39,691 nucleotides of DNA, from contig DATNKQ010000569.1 in NCBI GenBank assembly GCA_035603315.1, positions 1-39,691 of the forward strand, given 5' to 3'. Within the stretch, counting starts at the first letter, position 1. Every line of letters begins with the position of its first letter. This stretch comes from Thermoanaerobaculia bacterium (GTDB taxonomy: Bacteria > Acidobacteriota > Thermoanaerobaculia > Multivoradales > UBA5704). Position numbers and translations under genes: made by a program. Below the pieces are notes generated by a model. That model made no database searches and was not told the origin of the DNA. It saw only the letters and a program-made list of their open reading frames with translations. This document shows positions 1 to 9,628 of the stretch, in pieces.

Positions 1-101
1 AGGACGTAGCGCCACCCGCCATTTGCGTCCGCCCCCCGCGTTCTGCCACAATCGCTGCCGTCATCACGCCAGATTCATCTTTTCGAGGTCGTTGCCAGGA
101 C

Positions 102-689
102 GTGCCGATTCTCAGGCCCGAAGTAGCCCTCTCCCCACCCAACCTTTTCGAGCTGTCGTCGCCGGAGCGACCCTGGCGGGTGGCCCACGTGCGCAGCCGT
201 CAGGAGAAGGGCCTGGCGCGGCACCTGCTGAGCCACGGTGTGGCCTTCTACCTGCCGCTCCACGAGAAGCGCATGCGGCGGGCCGGAAGGACCTTCGTCT
301 CTCAGCTCCCGCTCTTCCCGGGGTACGTCTTTTTCCGCGCCACTCTCGGGGAGCGCCGGACGGCCCTCGACAGCGATCTCGTGGCCGCCCTCCTGGAGGT
401 GCCCGATCAGGAACGACTGGAGGGCGAGCTCGAGAGCCTCTGGCGCCTCCAGGAGAGCGGCCTTCCCCTGGTGCCCCATCCGTACCTCGGGCCGGGGGAC
501 GAGGTGGTGGTCGTCCACGGCCCTCTCCGGGGTTGGACCGGGACGGTGTTGCGCGCGAAGGGTAGTGTGAAACTCGTCGTGTCGGTGAGCTTCCTGCGGC
601 AGTCGGTGGCGGCCGAGTTCGAGCGCGAGGCGCTCGCTCCCGTTCCGGCGCGGCCGCGCGCGGGCCGCGCCCTCGCGGCGGCCCGCTAG
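102..689 (+). CDS. NusG-paralog transcription antiterminator (UpxY/RfaH-like; NGN + KOW)
   Basis: 195-aa ORF with a GTG start. NGN-like core WRVAHVRSRQEKGLARHLLSHGVAFYLPL...LPLFPGYVFFRA and KOW-like GDEVVVVHGPLRGWTGTVL. First gene of a long same-strand glycan locus. Confidence 0.8.
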   Translation: MPILRPEVALSPPNLFELSSPERPWRVAHVRSRQEKGLARHLLSHGVAFYLPLHEKRMRRAGRTFVSQLPLFPGYVFFRATLGERRTALDSDLVAALLEVPDQERLEGELESLWRLQESGLPLVPHPYLGPGDEVVVVHGPLRGWTGTVLRAKGSVKLVVSVSFLRQSVAAEFEREALAPVPARPRAGRALAAAR

Positions 690-1074
690 ATCGACGTTCC
701 CTGCGGCCGCCCCGGCGGCTCTGGGATTCCCCGTCGGTGCTCGTACACCGAAGGGGGCGAAGCTTACCCGGAGCCCGATCTCGCCACCTTTCAGCCGCCG
801 CCGCGACCTGGTCCTGGTCAGCGCTGGTTTAGCGCTCGACGGCGGCGGCCGCGCCGCCGCCGGCCGGCTCCTCGCCGGGGCCTGCGCCGCCTACGCCGCC
901 GAACGCGGGGTCGGGCTCGAAGCGCTAAGCCTGCCCCAGGCCTCAGGAACCTCGGCGGATGACGGGCTGCCGGTCCCGGCACGCGGGTTCGGCGGCAGCC
1001 AGGGCCGTCTCGCCGCCCACCTCTGGCTCCGTCAGGCAAGTGATCGGCGGCGGACGGCCTATGTCTTCGATCTC

Positions 1075-1929
1075 TTGGGACCGACCCGCGTCCAGGCGCT
1101 GTTGCCGGCCTCTCTGCGCTCCCCTTATATGGTCATCCTCTACGGCATCGAGGTCTGGCGCGCCCTGCCCTGGGACCGCCGGCGGGCGCTTGCCGGCGCC
1201 ACGGTCCGGCTCGCCATCTCCGCCCACACCGTGGAGCGCGCCCGCGTCTGGAATCCGAGCCTCGAGGGAGTCGACGTCCTCCCCCTGGCCCTCGAGGAGC
1301 GGCCTGCCGCCGGCGATCTCGATCGCGAGCTCCTCGCGCGCGCTGGAGAAGGGTATCTTCTGGTCGTCGGGAGGCTGGCGGCGAGCGAACGCTACAAAGG
1401 CCACGACCTGCTGCTCGAATCCATGCCACGCCTCCTGACCCTGCGGCCGGAGGCGCGTCTGGTGGTGGCCGGCGAGGGGGACGACCGGCCGCGGCTGGAG
1501 GCGAAGGCGGCGGGACTCGGCCTCGCCGGCCGGGTGCTCTTCACCGGCTTCGTCAGCGAGGCGACCCTGGGAGAGCTCTACCGCCGCTCGGCCGCCTTCG
1601 TAATGCCCAGCCGCGGCGAGGGTTTCGGCCTCGTTTACCTGGAGGCGATGCGGGTCGCCAAGGCCTGCGTCGCGGCGCGCGGCAGCGCCGCCGAAGAGAT
1701 CGTCGAGGATGGGATCACCGGGCTGCTGATCGACCCCGACGATCCGCAGGCCCTGGTGAAGGTCCTCGCCCGGCTGCTCGCCGAGCCCGAGCTCTCCCGC
1801 CGGCTGGGCGAGGCAGGGCTGCGCCGCTTCCGCGAGGTGTTCACTCCCGCCCGCTTCCGCGCCCGCCTGTGGCCCTTCCTCGACCTCCTCACTCGTTTCC
1901 CCGGAAAGGCCGCCGATGTGCGGCATTAA
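1075..1929 (+). CDS. Glycosyltransferase family 4 (GT-B). The true start is probably upstream, around 778-808.
   Basis: C-terminal GT4 signature GEGFGLVYLEAMRVAKACVAARGSAAEEIVEDGITGLL. 1075 (TTG) is the first canonical start in a frame that is open from 571. The in-frame upstream codons encode a GT-B N-terminus (DLVLVSAGLALDGGGRAAAGRLLAGA...). Confidence 0.8.
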   Translation: MGPTRVQALLPASLRSPYMVILYGIEVWRALPWDRRRALAGATVRLAISAHTVERARVWNPSLEGVDVLPLALEERPAAGDLDRELLARAGEGYLLVVGRLAASERYKGHDLLLESMPRLLTLRPEARLVVAGEGDDRPRLEAKAAGLGLAGRVLFTGFVSEATLGELYRRSAAFVMPSRGEGFGLVYLEAMRVAKACVAARGSAAEEIVEDGITGLLIDPDDPQALVKVLARLLAEPELSRRLGEAGLRRFREVFTPARFRARLWPFLDLLTRFPGKAADVRH

Positions 1930-3739
1930 CGGCATCCTGCGGCTCGCCGAGTCGTCGCCGGCGATCGATCGCCGGGAGCTCCTGGCCACCCGCGAGGCCA
2001 TGACCGCCCGCGGACCGGACGGCGCCGGGGAATGGCTGTCGGCCGACGGCCGGGTGGGGCTCGCCAGCCGCCGCCTGGCGATCCTCGACCTCTCCCCCGC
2101 CGGCGCCCAGCCCATGACCTCGCCCGACGGCCGCTACGTGATCGTCCAGAACGGCGAGATCTACAATTTCCGCCAGCTCCGGGGCGAGCTGGAAAGGGAG
2201 GGGGTTGCCTTCCGCTCGCAGAGCGATACAGAGGTCCTGCTCGTCCTCTACGCCCGGCTGGGGACCTCCATGCTGCCGCGCCTGCGCGGCATGTACGCGC
2301 TCGCCATCTGGGACGACGCCGCGGGCCGCCTGGTCCTGGCGCGCGATCCGCTGGGCATCAAGCCGCTGTACTACTCGACGGAAGGCGGCTGCCTGCGCTT
2401 CGCCTCCCAGGTCAAGGCGCTAGAGCAGGGCGGCGCCCTTTCCCGCAAGATCGACCCCTCGGGGCTCGCCGGCTTCCTGCTCTGGGGCTCCGTCCCCGAG
2501 CCCTTGACGATTCGCCGCGCCATCCGGGCGGTGCCCGCCGGATGTTTCCTCGCGGTCGAGAACGGTCGGGTGGAAGAGCCAATGCGGCACTATCGATTCG
2601 ATCCGGCGCCGGAGCGCACCGAGGAGGTCGACGCCGGGCAGGCCATCGCCGATTCGGTCGCCGCCCATCTGATCTCCGACGTACCGGTCGCCGTCTTCCT
2701 CTCGGCGGGGCTCGACTCGGGCCTCGTAGCGGCCCTCGCCTGCCGCGCTCTGCCGTCGCCGCCCACCACCTTCACCCTGAGCTTCGACGTCCTGGCGGGC
2801 ACGGCTGCCGACGAGGCGTCGCTGGCGGCGGAGGTCGCCCGGAAGCTCGGCACGCGGCACCTCGAGCGCCGGGTCGGCAAGCAGGACTTCCTCGACCTCT
2901 GGCCGCAGGCCGTCGCCGCCATGGACCAGCCGAGCATCGACGGCTTCAACACCTACGTCGTCAGCCGCGCGGCGCACGAGACCGGGCTCAAGGTGGTCCT
3001 CTCGGGGCTCGGCGGCGACGAGCTGTTCGGCAGCTACCCCTCCTTCACCGACGTGCCGAAAACCTGGCGGATGGCGCGTTGGGGCGGGCACGCCCCCGGC
3101 CTCAGGGCCGCCTGGCCAGCGCTCGCCGGCCGGCTGCTCGGAGGCAGGCCGAAGCTTCGCGGCCTCCTGCGCCACGGCGGCAGCCTCGCCGGCAGCTACT
3201 TCCTGCGCCGCGCCCTCTTCCTCCCCGAGGAGCTGCCGGAGCTCCTAGGCGAGGAGCAGGCCGCCGCGGCGCTCGCCGGGTACGACCCGATTGCCGACAC
3301 TGCCAAGGTGCTCTGTGGCGGAGGCGGCGAGGAAGCGATCGACGGGCATCGGCGGCCCGACCCCTGGCTGGCGGTCCACCTCATGGAGTCGGCGCAGTAC
3401 CTGCGGAACCAGCTCCTCCGCGACTCCGACTGGGCCTCGATGGCCCACTCCGTCGAGCTCCGCGTCCCCTTCGTCGACGCCCGGCTGCGAGCGAGCCTCG
3501 CCGCCGGCGGCTTCGACCCCGCGCGCGGGCAAGGCAAGGCGGCGCTCGTGCGCCGCATCGCGCCGGAGTTGCCGGCGGAGCTCTTTACCCGTCCGAAGAG
3601 CGGCTTCTACATTCCGGTCGTCGACTGGATGCGCCCCGCGGCGGCGACCGCCGGCAATCTCGGCGCCCGCTCCCGCCTGCTGGCCAGGCTGGTGCTCGAG
3701 GAGTTCGGAGTCAACCTGCGTTCGGCAGCCGCCGCCTGA
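1916..3739 (+). CDS. asnB: Asparagine synthase (glutamine-hydrolysing) family amidotransferase
   Basis: N-terminal MCGI with the Cys2 nucleophile, PP-loop-like LSAGLDSGLV, and 607 aa. Overlaps the upstream GT gene by 14 nt. Confidence 0.9.
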   Translation: MCGINGILRLAESSPAIDRRELLATREAMTARGPDGAGEWLSADGRVGLASRRLAILDLSPAGAQPMTSPDGRYVIVQNGEIYNFRQLRGELEREGVAFRSQSDTEVLLVLYARLGTSMLPRLRGMYALAIWDDAAGRLVLARDPLGIKPLYYSTEGGCLRFASQVKALEQGGALSRKIDPSGLAGFLLWGSVPEPLTIRRAIRAVPAGCFLAVENGRVEEPMRHYRFDPAPERTEEVDAGQAIADSVAAHLISDVPVAVFLSAGLDSGLVAALACRALPSPPTTFTLSFDVLAGTAADEASLAAEVARKLGTRHLERRVGKQDFLDLWPQAVAAMDQPSIDGFNTYVVSRAAHETGLKVVLSGLGGDELFGSYPSFTDVPKTWRMARWGGHAPGLRAAWPALAGRLLGGRPKLRGLLRHGGSLAGSYFLRRALFLPEELPELLGEEQAAAALAGYDPIADTAKVLCGGGGEEAIDGHRRPDPWLAVHLMESAQYLRNQLLRDSDWASMAHSVELRVPFVDARLRASLAAGGFDPARGQGKAALVRRIAPELPAELFTRPKSGFYIPVVDWMRPAAATAGNLGARSRLLARLVLEEFGVNLRSAAAA

Positions 3740-3742
3740 GCT

Positions 3743-5089
3743 ATGGAGCCCATTTACCAGCCTGAGCCGGACGCACTCCTCGCCGAGGCAGCCCTGGCGC
3801 CGCCGGCGGTGTTGCCGACGTTCCGGCAGCGGTTGCGCGACTGGGCCGGCATCCTCTCGGCCTACTTCACGGCTCAGACGGTGACCCAGCTCGTGGGCCT
3901 CGGGGCGGGGTTGATCCTCGTCCGCTTCATGCCTGTCGGCGAGTTCGCCCTTTACACGCTCGCTTCCTCGGTTGTGACCTTCTTCATCTTCCTCTCCGAC
4001 CTCGGGAGCACCAGCTCGCTGCTCTACTTCTTCCACCGAACGACCAGCGACGGGAGCGACTTCCATCCCTATCTCAAAGCCGTCCTGTCGCTGCGGCGCG
4101 GGGCGTTCCTTTTGGGCTGCCTGGCGGTGCTCCTGATCTTCCCCCGCACCGCCCTGGCCAAGGGCTTCCGGCCTGCCGATGTCGTCCTCGCCGCCTGCGG
4201 GATCCTGCTCGCCGTCTGGTTCCAGATCGCCTCCTCGGTACGCGTCCTCGCCCTTCGCCTTGCCGGCCGCTATGGCCGCTCCTACCGGGCGGAGATCGCC
4301 GGCAGCGGCGTTCGCCTCGCCTTCGCGGTTCTCATGGTGGCGACGGCGCTTCTGCGCGCCTGGATCGGCATCCTGTCCACCGCAATCGGTACGGCGATCA
4401 TCGCCCGCCTGGCAGCACCGGATAAGGAGCCTCCTGCTCGACCCGGCGAGGACGCCGGCTACTACCGTCGCCAGGTCTTGCGCTACATCCTTCCGAGCCT
4501 GCCAAGCGCCCTTTACTTCTCGATCCAAGGGCCGCTCGTCGTCTGGCTCTCGGCAACTTTCGGCGCCACGCGCAACATCGCCGAGGTGGGCGCCCTAGGA
4601 CGCCTGGGTCTCATCGTCGGACTGTGCTCCGGGTTGACCGGTATCGTCTTCCTCCCTCGCATGGTGCGGATCGTCGACGAGCGCCTCTATCGCAAGCGGT
4701 ACCTACAGTTCGGCGGAATGCTTCTCGCCATCGCCCTGACCATGCTCGCCGCCGCGCGACTCGTCCCCGGCGCCTTCCTGCTCATCCTCGGCCGTCAGTA
4801 CGCGGGCCTGCAACACGAGCTTCTGCTAGTGATCGCCGGCGCCGGGCTGACGCTCCTCGGCGGCTATACGGTGACGGTCAACCTGGCCCGCTCCTGGAAT
4901 CGTTGGGAGTTCCTTGCCGTCCTCATCGTGATGGCCACTCAGATCCTGCTGGTTCTCATCCTGCCGCTCGCGACCACCGCCGGAGTTCTTCGCTTCAACG
5001 TGATCTCGGCGAGCGTCGGGCTGGCGTGTCAGCTCATCATCGCCGCCATCGGTTTCTCTCGCCCGCGGTTGGTGCAATGGATGAAATGA
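3743..5089 (+). CDS. Polysaccharide/oligosaccharide flippase (Wzx-like, MOP superfamily)
   Basis: 448-aa polytopic membrane protein with many hydrophobic segments along its length. Size and glycan-locus context fit Wzx. No enzymatic motif. Confidence 0.7.
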   Translation: MEPIYQPEPDALLAEAALAPPAVLPTFRQRLRDWAGILSAYFTAQTVTQLVGLGAGLILVRFMPVGEFALYTLASSVVTFFIFLSDLGSTSSLLYFFHRTTSDGSDFHPYLKAVLSLRRGAFLLGCLAVLLIFPRTALAKGFRPADVVLAACGILLAVWFQIASSVRVLALRLAGRYGRSYRAEIAGSGVRLAFAVLMVATALLRAWIGILSTAIGTAIIARLAAPDKEPPARPGEDAGYYRRQVLRYILPSLPSALYFSIQGPLVVWLSATFGATRNIAEVGALGRLGLIVGLCSGLTGIVFLPRMVRIVDERLYRKRYLQFGGMLLAIALTMLAAARLVPGAFLLILGRQYAGLQHELLLVIAGAGLTLLGGYTVTVNLARSWNRWEFLAVLIVMATQILLVLILPLATTAGVLRFNVISASVGLACQLIIAAIGFSRPRLVQWMK

Positions 5090-5622
5090 GCGAGATCTCG
5101 AAATCCCTCAACCTCGGCTGCGGCCGCCAGAAGCGCCCCGACTGCCTGAACGTCGACGTGCGCGTCGAAGTCGACCCCGACTTGGTCTGGGACCTCGATC
5201 GGCGTCCTTACCCACTTCCCAGAAACCATTTCGAGAAGATCTGGGCCAGCGACGTGATCGAGCATCTGGCGAGCGTCAAGGACTTCCTGGAGGAGACGTA
5301 CGAGCTGTTGGCACCGGGGGGAGTGATCGAGATCACCACTCCGCACTACTCCTGCACGAACTCTTTCACCGATCCCACGCACCGCCATCACCTGGGCTAT
5401 TTCTCCTTCGACTACTTCACCGCCGGCCATCCGTTAGATTTCTACACGGCGACGCGCTTCGAGGTCGTCGAGCGCATCCTGGTCTTCCACAACGGCCTTC
5501 TGGATCGTCTCGTCGCCCGGTTCGCCAGGCGCCACCCCGCGCTCTACGAGAAGCGCCTCGCCTGGATCCTGCCGGCCTGGTTTCTGATCTTCAAGCTGCG
5601 CGCCGTCAAGGAGAGGGCCTGA
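5077..5622 (+). CDS. Class I SAM-dependent methyltransferase
   Basis: The in-frame ATG at 5077 gives MDEMSEISKSLNLGCGRQKRPDCLNVD (motif I) and ASDVIEHL. Overlaps the flippase stop by 13 nt. The 5' part of track ORF 4624..5622 is Arg-rich alternate-frame noise. Confidence 0.75.
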   Translation: MDEMSEISKSLNLGCGRQKRPDCLNVDVRVEVDPDLVWDLDRRPYPLPRNHFEKIWASDVIEHLASVKDFLEETYELLAPGGVIEITTPHYSCTNSFTDPTHRHHLGYFSFDYFTAGHPLDFYTATRFEVVERILVFHNGLLDRLVARFARRHPALYEKRLAWILPAWFLIFKLRAVKERA

Positions 5623-6692
5623 TGTTGCGCGTCTGCCACGTGACGCCCACTTACTTTGCGGCCGATTCGGTGCTGGGCGGAGGGGAACGACACGCCGAGG
5701 AACTCGCCCGCGCCATGTCGCATCGAGCGGAGGTCAAGCTGGTCAGCTTTGGGCGCCAAGAGCTGCGCGAACGGCTGTCGCCAACCTACGAGAGAGTGAT
5801 TCTCAAGAGCTGGACGCGCAACATCTTGACTCCGTTCTCTCCCGCACTGTTTGGCGAGCTCGCCGGCATGGACGTCATTCACTGTCACCAATACTTTTCC
5901 CTGCCAACCTTCCTCGCCTGTCTGACCGGCCACCTGCGGCGCAGCCGTGTATTCGTCTCCGATCTCGGCGGCGGCGCTTGGACTCCGGGTTTCCACATCG
6001 ATCAGTCGAGATGGATCTACGCGCACCTGCCGATCTCCCAGTACGCGGCCCTGGATCTGCCGGGAAGGAACCGCCGCCACTTCGTGACCTACTGCGGCGT
6101 CGACCTCGATTTCTACCCACCGCGCGGCGAGCTGAAGCATGACGGCTCCGTCGTCTTTCTCGGCCGCATCTTGCCCCACAAAGGTATCCACTTCCTCATC
6201 GAGGGCATGCCGGCCGGCCGGCTCCTTCACGTCATCGGTCCGGTCGTGGACACGCCCTATCTTGAGCGCCTGCATCGGGCGGCTGCCGGCAAGCGAATCG
6301 AGTTCCACCACGGCCTGACGGACAGCGAGGTCGTCGGTTTCCTCTCCCGCGCCATGGCGCTCGTGCATCCCACGCCGGTCGACCAGAACGGCTCGGCAGG
6401 CGCGAACGAGCTCTTGGGCCTCGCTCCAATCGAAGCCATGGCCTGTGGATGCCCGGTCATCGCCTCGCGCGCGGCATCACTGCCGGAGACCGTCGTCGAC
6501 GACGAGACCGGCTTCCTGGTGCCGCCCAATGATCCGGCGGCCATCACGACCGCGCTCCTGGCCATGAGCGCTGATCCTGAACGGTGGGCCGCGATGGCCG
6601 TAGCCGCAAGACGGCGGGTCGAAGAGAGATTCACCTTGGAGCAAGTGGTTGACCGCTGCCTGGCAGCTTACGAGCTCGCGCAAAAACCATGA
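5622..6692 (+). CDS. Glycosyltransferase family 4
   Basis: MLRVCHVTPTYF...GGGERHAEELARAM N-terminus and ELLGLAPIEAMACGCPVIASRAASLPETVVDDETGFLVPPND. The ATG overlaps the preceding TGA by 1 nt. Confidence 0.85.
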   Translation: MLRVCHVTPTYFAADSVLGGGERHAEELARAMSHRAEVKLVSFGRQELRERLSPTYERVILKSWTRNILTPFSPALFGELAGMDVIHCHQYFSLPTFLACLTGHLRRSRVFVSDLGGGAWTPGFHIDQSRWIYAHLPISQYAALDLPGRNRRHFVTYCGVDLDFYPPRGELKHDGSVVFLGRILPHKGIHFLIEGMPAGRLLHVIGPVVDTPYLERLHRAAAGKRIEFHHGLTDSEVVGFLSRAMALVHPTPVDQNGSAGANELLGLAPIEAMACGCPVIASRAASLPETVVDDETGFLVPPNDPAAITTALLAMSADPERWAAMAVAARRRVEERFTLEQVVDRCLAAYELAQKP

Positions 6693-6759
6693 AAATTATC
6701 CTAGGCCAACTCCTGCACTGGCCCGATTCGGCTGGAAGAGCCGAGCGGGCAACGGCGAC

Positions 6760-7968
6760 ATGCGCATCCTGATGGTGATCCATACCCTTTGGTCGCGCGA
6801 CCTCGGCGCCCCGCGTGTTCAGCTCGAGCTGGCCGAGGAAATGCGCTTCCTCGGGCACGAGGTCGAGAAATTCAGCTATGAAGACGCCTTCCCCCGCCTC
6901 GCCGAGCCTCGCCATGGTGCCGGTGCCAGGCTGCGAGCTTACCTGGGCAGCAATCTCAGCTTTGCTGCACGGGCTGCAGAATTCGTGGGCATCAATGCCG
7001 GGCGTTTCGACGTCGTTGATGCCAACCAGACCGACCTCCCGTTCCCCAAGCGGCGCCTCGGTTTCCAGGGCCTCCTGGTCGCCCGTTCCGTCGGACTTAT
7101 TCCGGCCTATCACCAGTTCGAGCGATTCGCCTCCGCCCGCTGGCCGGAACCCGCTTCTGTCCGCCAGGTAGCCCGGCTGGCTCTGACGTATCCCGGACGC
7201 CGGCGGCGCCTGCGCGACGTCGTTAGCAGCTTCCGATGCGCCGACCTGATCAATGTCTCAAATGGCAACGACCAGACGACGGTTGCTGAGGGTATGGGAT
7301 TCGGATCGAAGGTTGTGATGTTTCCGTTCGGCCTTTCCGAGGAGCGGCGCGGAGTCTTCATCAGCGCCAAGCAGAGTGACGCCGACCGACTTGCGGCACG
7401 CAAGGTGGCTTTCATTGGGGCCTGGAACAGCCGCAAGGGCGCCAAAGACTGGCCGCAGATCGCTGAGCGAGTTCTGGCACGCCTTCCAGCGGCCAGGTTC
7501 CTGTTTCTCGGCACCGGTCACGACCGCGAGTACGTGCTGCGAGATTTCCCCCCCTATCTGCGGTCGGCCCTCGAGGTGATCCCCAGCTATCGCAGCAACG
7601 AGCTGCCCGGACTCTTGGCATCGGCGACCGTTGGGGCCTTCCCAGGGTATCTTGAGGGATTTGGCTTCGCCGTCCTTGAAAAGCTCGCGGCCGGGCTTCC
7701 GACCGTCGCCTACGACGCGCCTGGGCCGCGCGAAATGATGCGCTGGCAGGCGCTCAAGAGTACCGTTCCAGCGGGAGACGTCGCCAGTTTCGCCGATCTT
7801 TTGGTGAAGCTCCTGACGCTCTCACCTGACCATTACGCGGAGCATTCTGCCGATAGTATCCAAGTGGCGGCACGGTTCTCTTGGCAAGATATTGCCAGAG
7901 CGACCTCCGCGACCTACCAAGAAGCTTGGGAGCGTCTCCGCGAGAGTTCCCGTAACAAGGCCGCCTAA
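6760..7968 (+). CDS. Glycosyltransferase family 4
   Basis: The in-frame ATG at 6760 gives MRILMVIHTLWSRDLGAPRVQLELAEEM. C-terminal EGFGFAVLEKLAAGLPTVAYDAPGPREMM. Confidence 0.8.
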   Translation: MRILMVIHTLWSRDLGAPRVQLELAEEMRFLGHEVEKFSYEDAFPRLAEPRHGAGARLRAYLGSNLSFAARAAEFVGINAGRFDVVDANQTDLPFPKRRLGFQGLLVARSVGLIPAYHQFERFASARWPEPASVRQVARLALTYPGRRRRLRDVVSSFRCADLINVSNGNDQTTVAEGMGFGSKVVMFPFGLSEERRGVFISAKQSDADRLAARKVAFIGAWNSRKGAKDWPQIAERVLARLPAARFLFLGTGHDREYVLRDFPPYLRSALEVIPSYRSNELPGLLASATVGAFPGYLEGFGFAVLEKLAAGLPTVAYDAPGPREMMRWQALKSTVPAGDVASFADLLVKLLTLSPDHYAEHSADSIQVAARFSWQDIARATSATYQEAWERLRESSRNKAA

Positions 7969-7974
7969 CCTCTC

Positions 7975-8643
7975 ATGGACGCCGCTGCCACGCTTTACCA
8001 CGACAAGGGTCAGGGTTACTTCAATTACCCCCGGCTCGACCTGCTCGAGATGCTGCCTCAGAATGCCGGCTTGACGATCCTCGAGCTCGGGGCCGGGAAC
8101 GGCGCGACTCTCCGCTCAGCGAAGGCCATGGGAATCGCCTCCTATGTCGTCGGCATCGACCTCGTCGATCCAGGCCCCACCGAGGCTGGCTTGCCGCCAG
8201 TCGATAAGTTTCTGTGCGGTAATGTCGAAACCATGGACATAGACCTACCAACCAACCACTTCGACGTCGTCCTCTGCGCCGACGTGCTCGAGCATCTGAT
8301 AGACCCCTGGCGGGTGGTCAGAAAGCTCACCATACACCTGAAATCGGGTGGCCTCCTCGTGAGCAGTATCCCCAACGTGCGCAACCACCGCGTCCTGCGC
8401 GAGATCGCGCTCAAGGGTGATTTCCGTTACGCAAATGCCGGCCTGCTAGACCGCTCGCATCTCCGCTTCTTCTGCCGGAAAAACGTCCGCGACCTGTTTG
8501 AGCAAGCAGGCCTTGTGGTTGAAGTAATCGAGTCCAACATGGGGGCCTACGGGCTGCGGCATAAGGTCATCAACGCCCTAACCGGTGGCTTGTTGAAGGA
8601 TTTCTTCATCTTTCAATACAGAACCTCTGCTAGAAAACGATGA
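7975..8643 (+). CDS. Class I SAM-dependent methyltransferase
   Basis: ILELGAGNGATL (motif I) and VLCADVLEHLIDPW. 222 aa. Confidence 0.85.
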   Translation: MDAAATLYHDKGQGYFNYPRLDLLEMLPQNAGLTILELGAGNGATLRSAKAMGIASYVVGIDLVDPGPTEAGLPPVDKFLCGNVETMDIDLPTNHFDVVLCADVLEHLIDPWRVVRKLTIHLKSGGLLVSSIPNVRNHRVLREIALKGDFRYANAGLLDRSHLRFFCRKNVRDLFEQAGLVVEVIESNMGAYGLRHKVINALTGGLLKDFFIFQYRTSARKR

Positions 8644-8665
8644 ACTCACTCCGTCGCCACGATTC

Positions 8666-9628
8666 GTGACCTCACCGTTGGTCTCGGTCGCAATCGCGAC
8701 CTATAACGGTGCCCAATACCTGCGCGAGCAGCTCAATACCATCTATGCGCAGACCTGGCAAAACCTCGAAGTTGTAGTGAGCGACGATGCCTCGACCGAT
8801 GGCACCTCAACGATCCTCCTGGAGTATGCCGCCAGCCGCGGCCTCCGCCACTCGGTCAACCCGCGCCGGCTAGGCCTGGTGCAAAACTTCGCACGCGCCA
8901 TCTCGCTCTGCCACGGCGAGTTCATTGCCCTTGCCGACCAAGACGATCTCTGGAAGCCGCAGAAGATCGAAGCGCTCGTCGATAACATCGGCGGCTTCAC
9001 GCTGATCTACTGCAACTCACAGGAGGTGCTGACCAGTGAGGGTTTCCACGAGATCGACACCACATATCAGCGGATCGCCGATTTCGCTCGCGCTTTCGGC
9101 ACCGGCTCTCCGACCCGACACCTCTTGGCCGAGAACTGGATCGTGAGCCATACCCTCATGTTCCGCCGTGAGTTGCTTCGCCACGCATTGCCGATTCCAC
9201 CTCACCAGCCTTACCACGACGGTTGGCTGGCCCTAGTGGCCTCGAAGTTGGGCGGCATCAAATACCTCGACGAAAGGCTTCAGACCTATCGCCGACACCC
9301 CGGCAGCCTGACTTTCGTCGATGCTGCTGAGCGGCCTCATAGGAGAACGCCCCTAGCGATTCTCGACGGTACTTTCGGCGTCGCTTGGCGTGCGCGCTGC
9401 GCTGCTGAAATGGCAAGGTTAAAAGATGCTCTCGAGTTGCCCCTGCTCGATGCCGAGGATCGCGCCTTTCTGAATGAACTGCTGACCTACTACGGCGCTG
9501 GCCTGCGCGGCGGTCACGGCTGGTTAGCTTTCCGCGCCGGCTGGAAGATTGCACCCTTCGTCGCCACACTCCACGGCAGCTGGATGCGGTGGAAGTTTCC
9601 GCTTCGCGGCTTCATCGGAAGTTCCTGA
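8666..9628 (+). CDS. Glycosyltransferase family 2 (GT-A)
   Basis: VSVAIATYNGAQYLREQL...VVVSDDASTDGT and the ADQDD acidic motif. GTG start. Confidence 0.85.
   Translation: MTSPLVSVAIATYNGAQYLREQLNTIYAQTWQNLEVVVSDDASTDGTSTILLEYAASRGLRHSVNPRRLGLVQNFARAISLCHGEFIALADQDDLWKPQKIEALVDNIGGFTLIYCNSQEVLTSEGFHEIDTTYQRIADFARAFGTGSPTRHLLAENWIVSHTLMFRRELLRHALPIPPHQPYHDGWLALVASKLGGIKYLDERLQTYRRHPGSLTFVDAAERPHRRTPLAILDGTFGVAWRARCAAEMARLKDALELPLLDAEDRAFLNELLTYYGAGLRGGHGWLAFRAGWKIAPFVATLHGSWMRWKFPLRGFIGSS

Noticed and set aside
1-810. Search for an RfaH ops/JUMPstart element (GGCGGTAG) near the NusG paralog
   Set aside because: No match was seen on either side of the gene, so no antitermination site is annotated.
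943-2115. 390-aa minus-strand ORF, together with other Arg-rich ORFs such as 818-1039(-), 3245-4528(-), 15478-16206(-), 17256-18215(+) and 36181-37275(-)
   Set aside because: Low-complexity Arg/Pro/Gly-rich translations that overlap motif-bearing genes. These are typical high-GC shadow ORFs.
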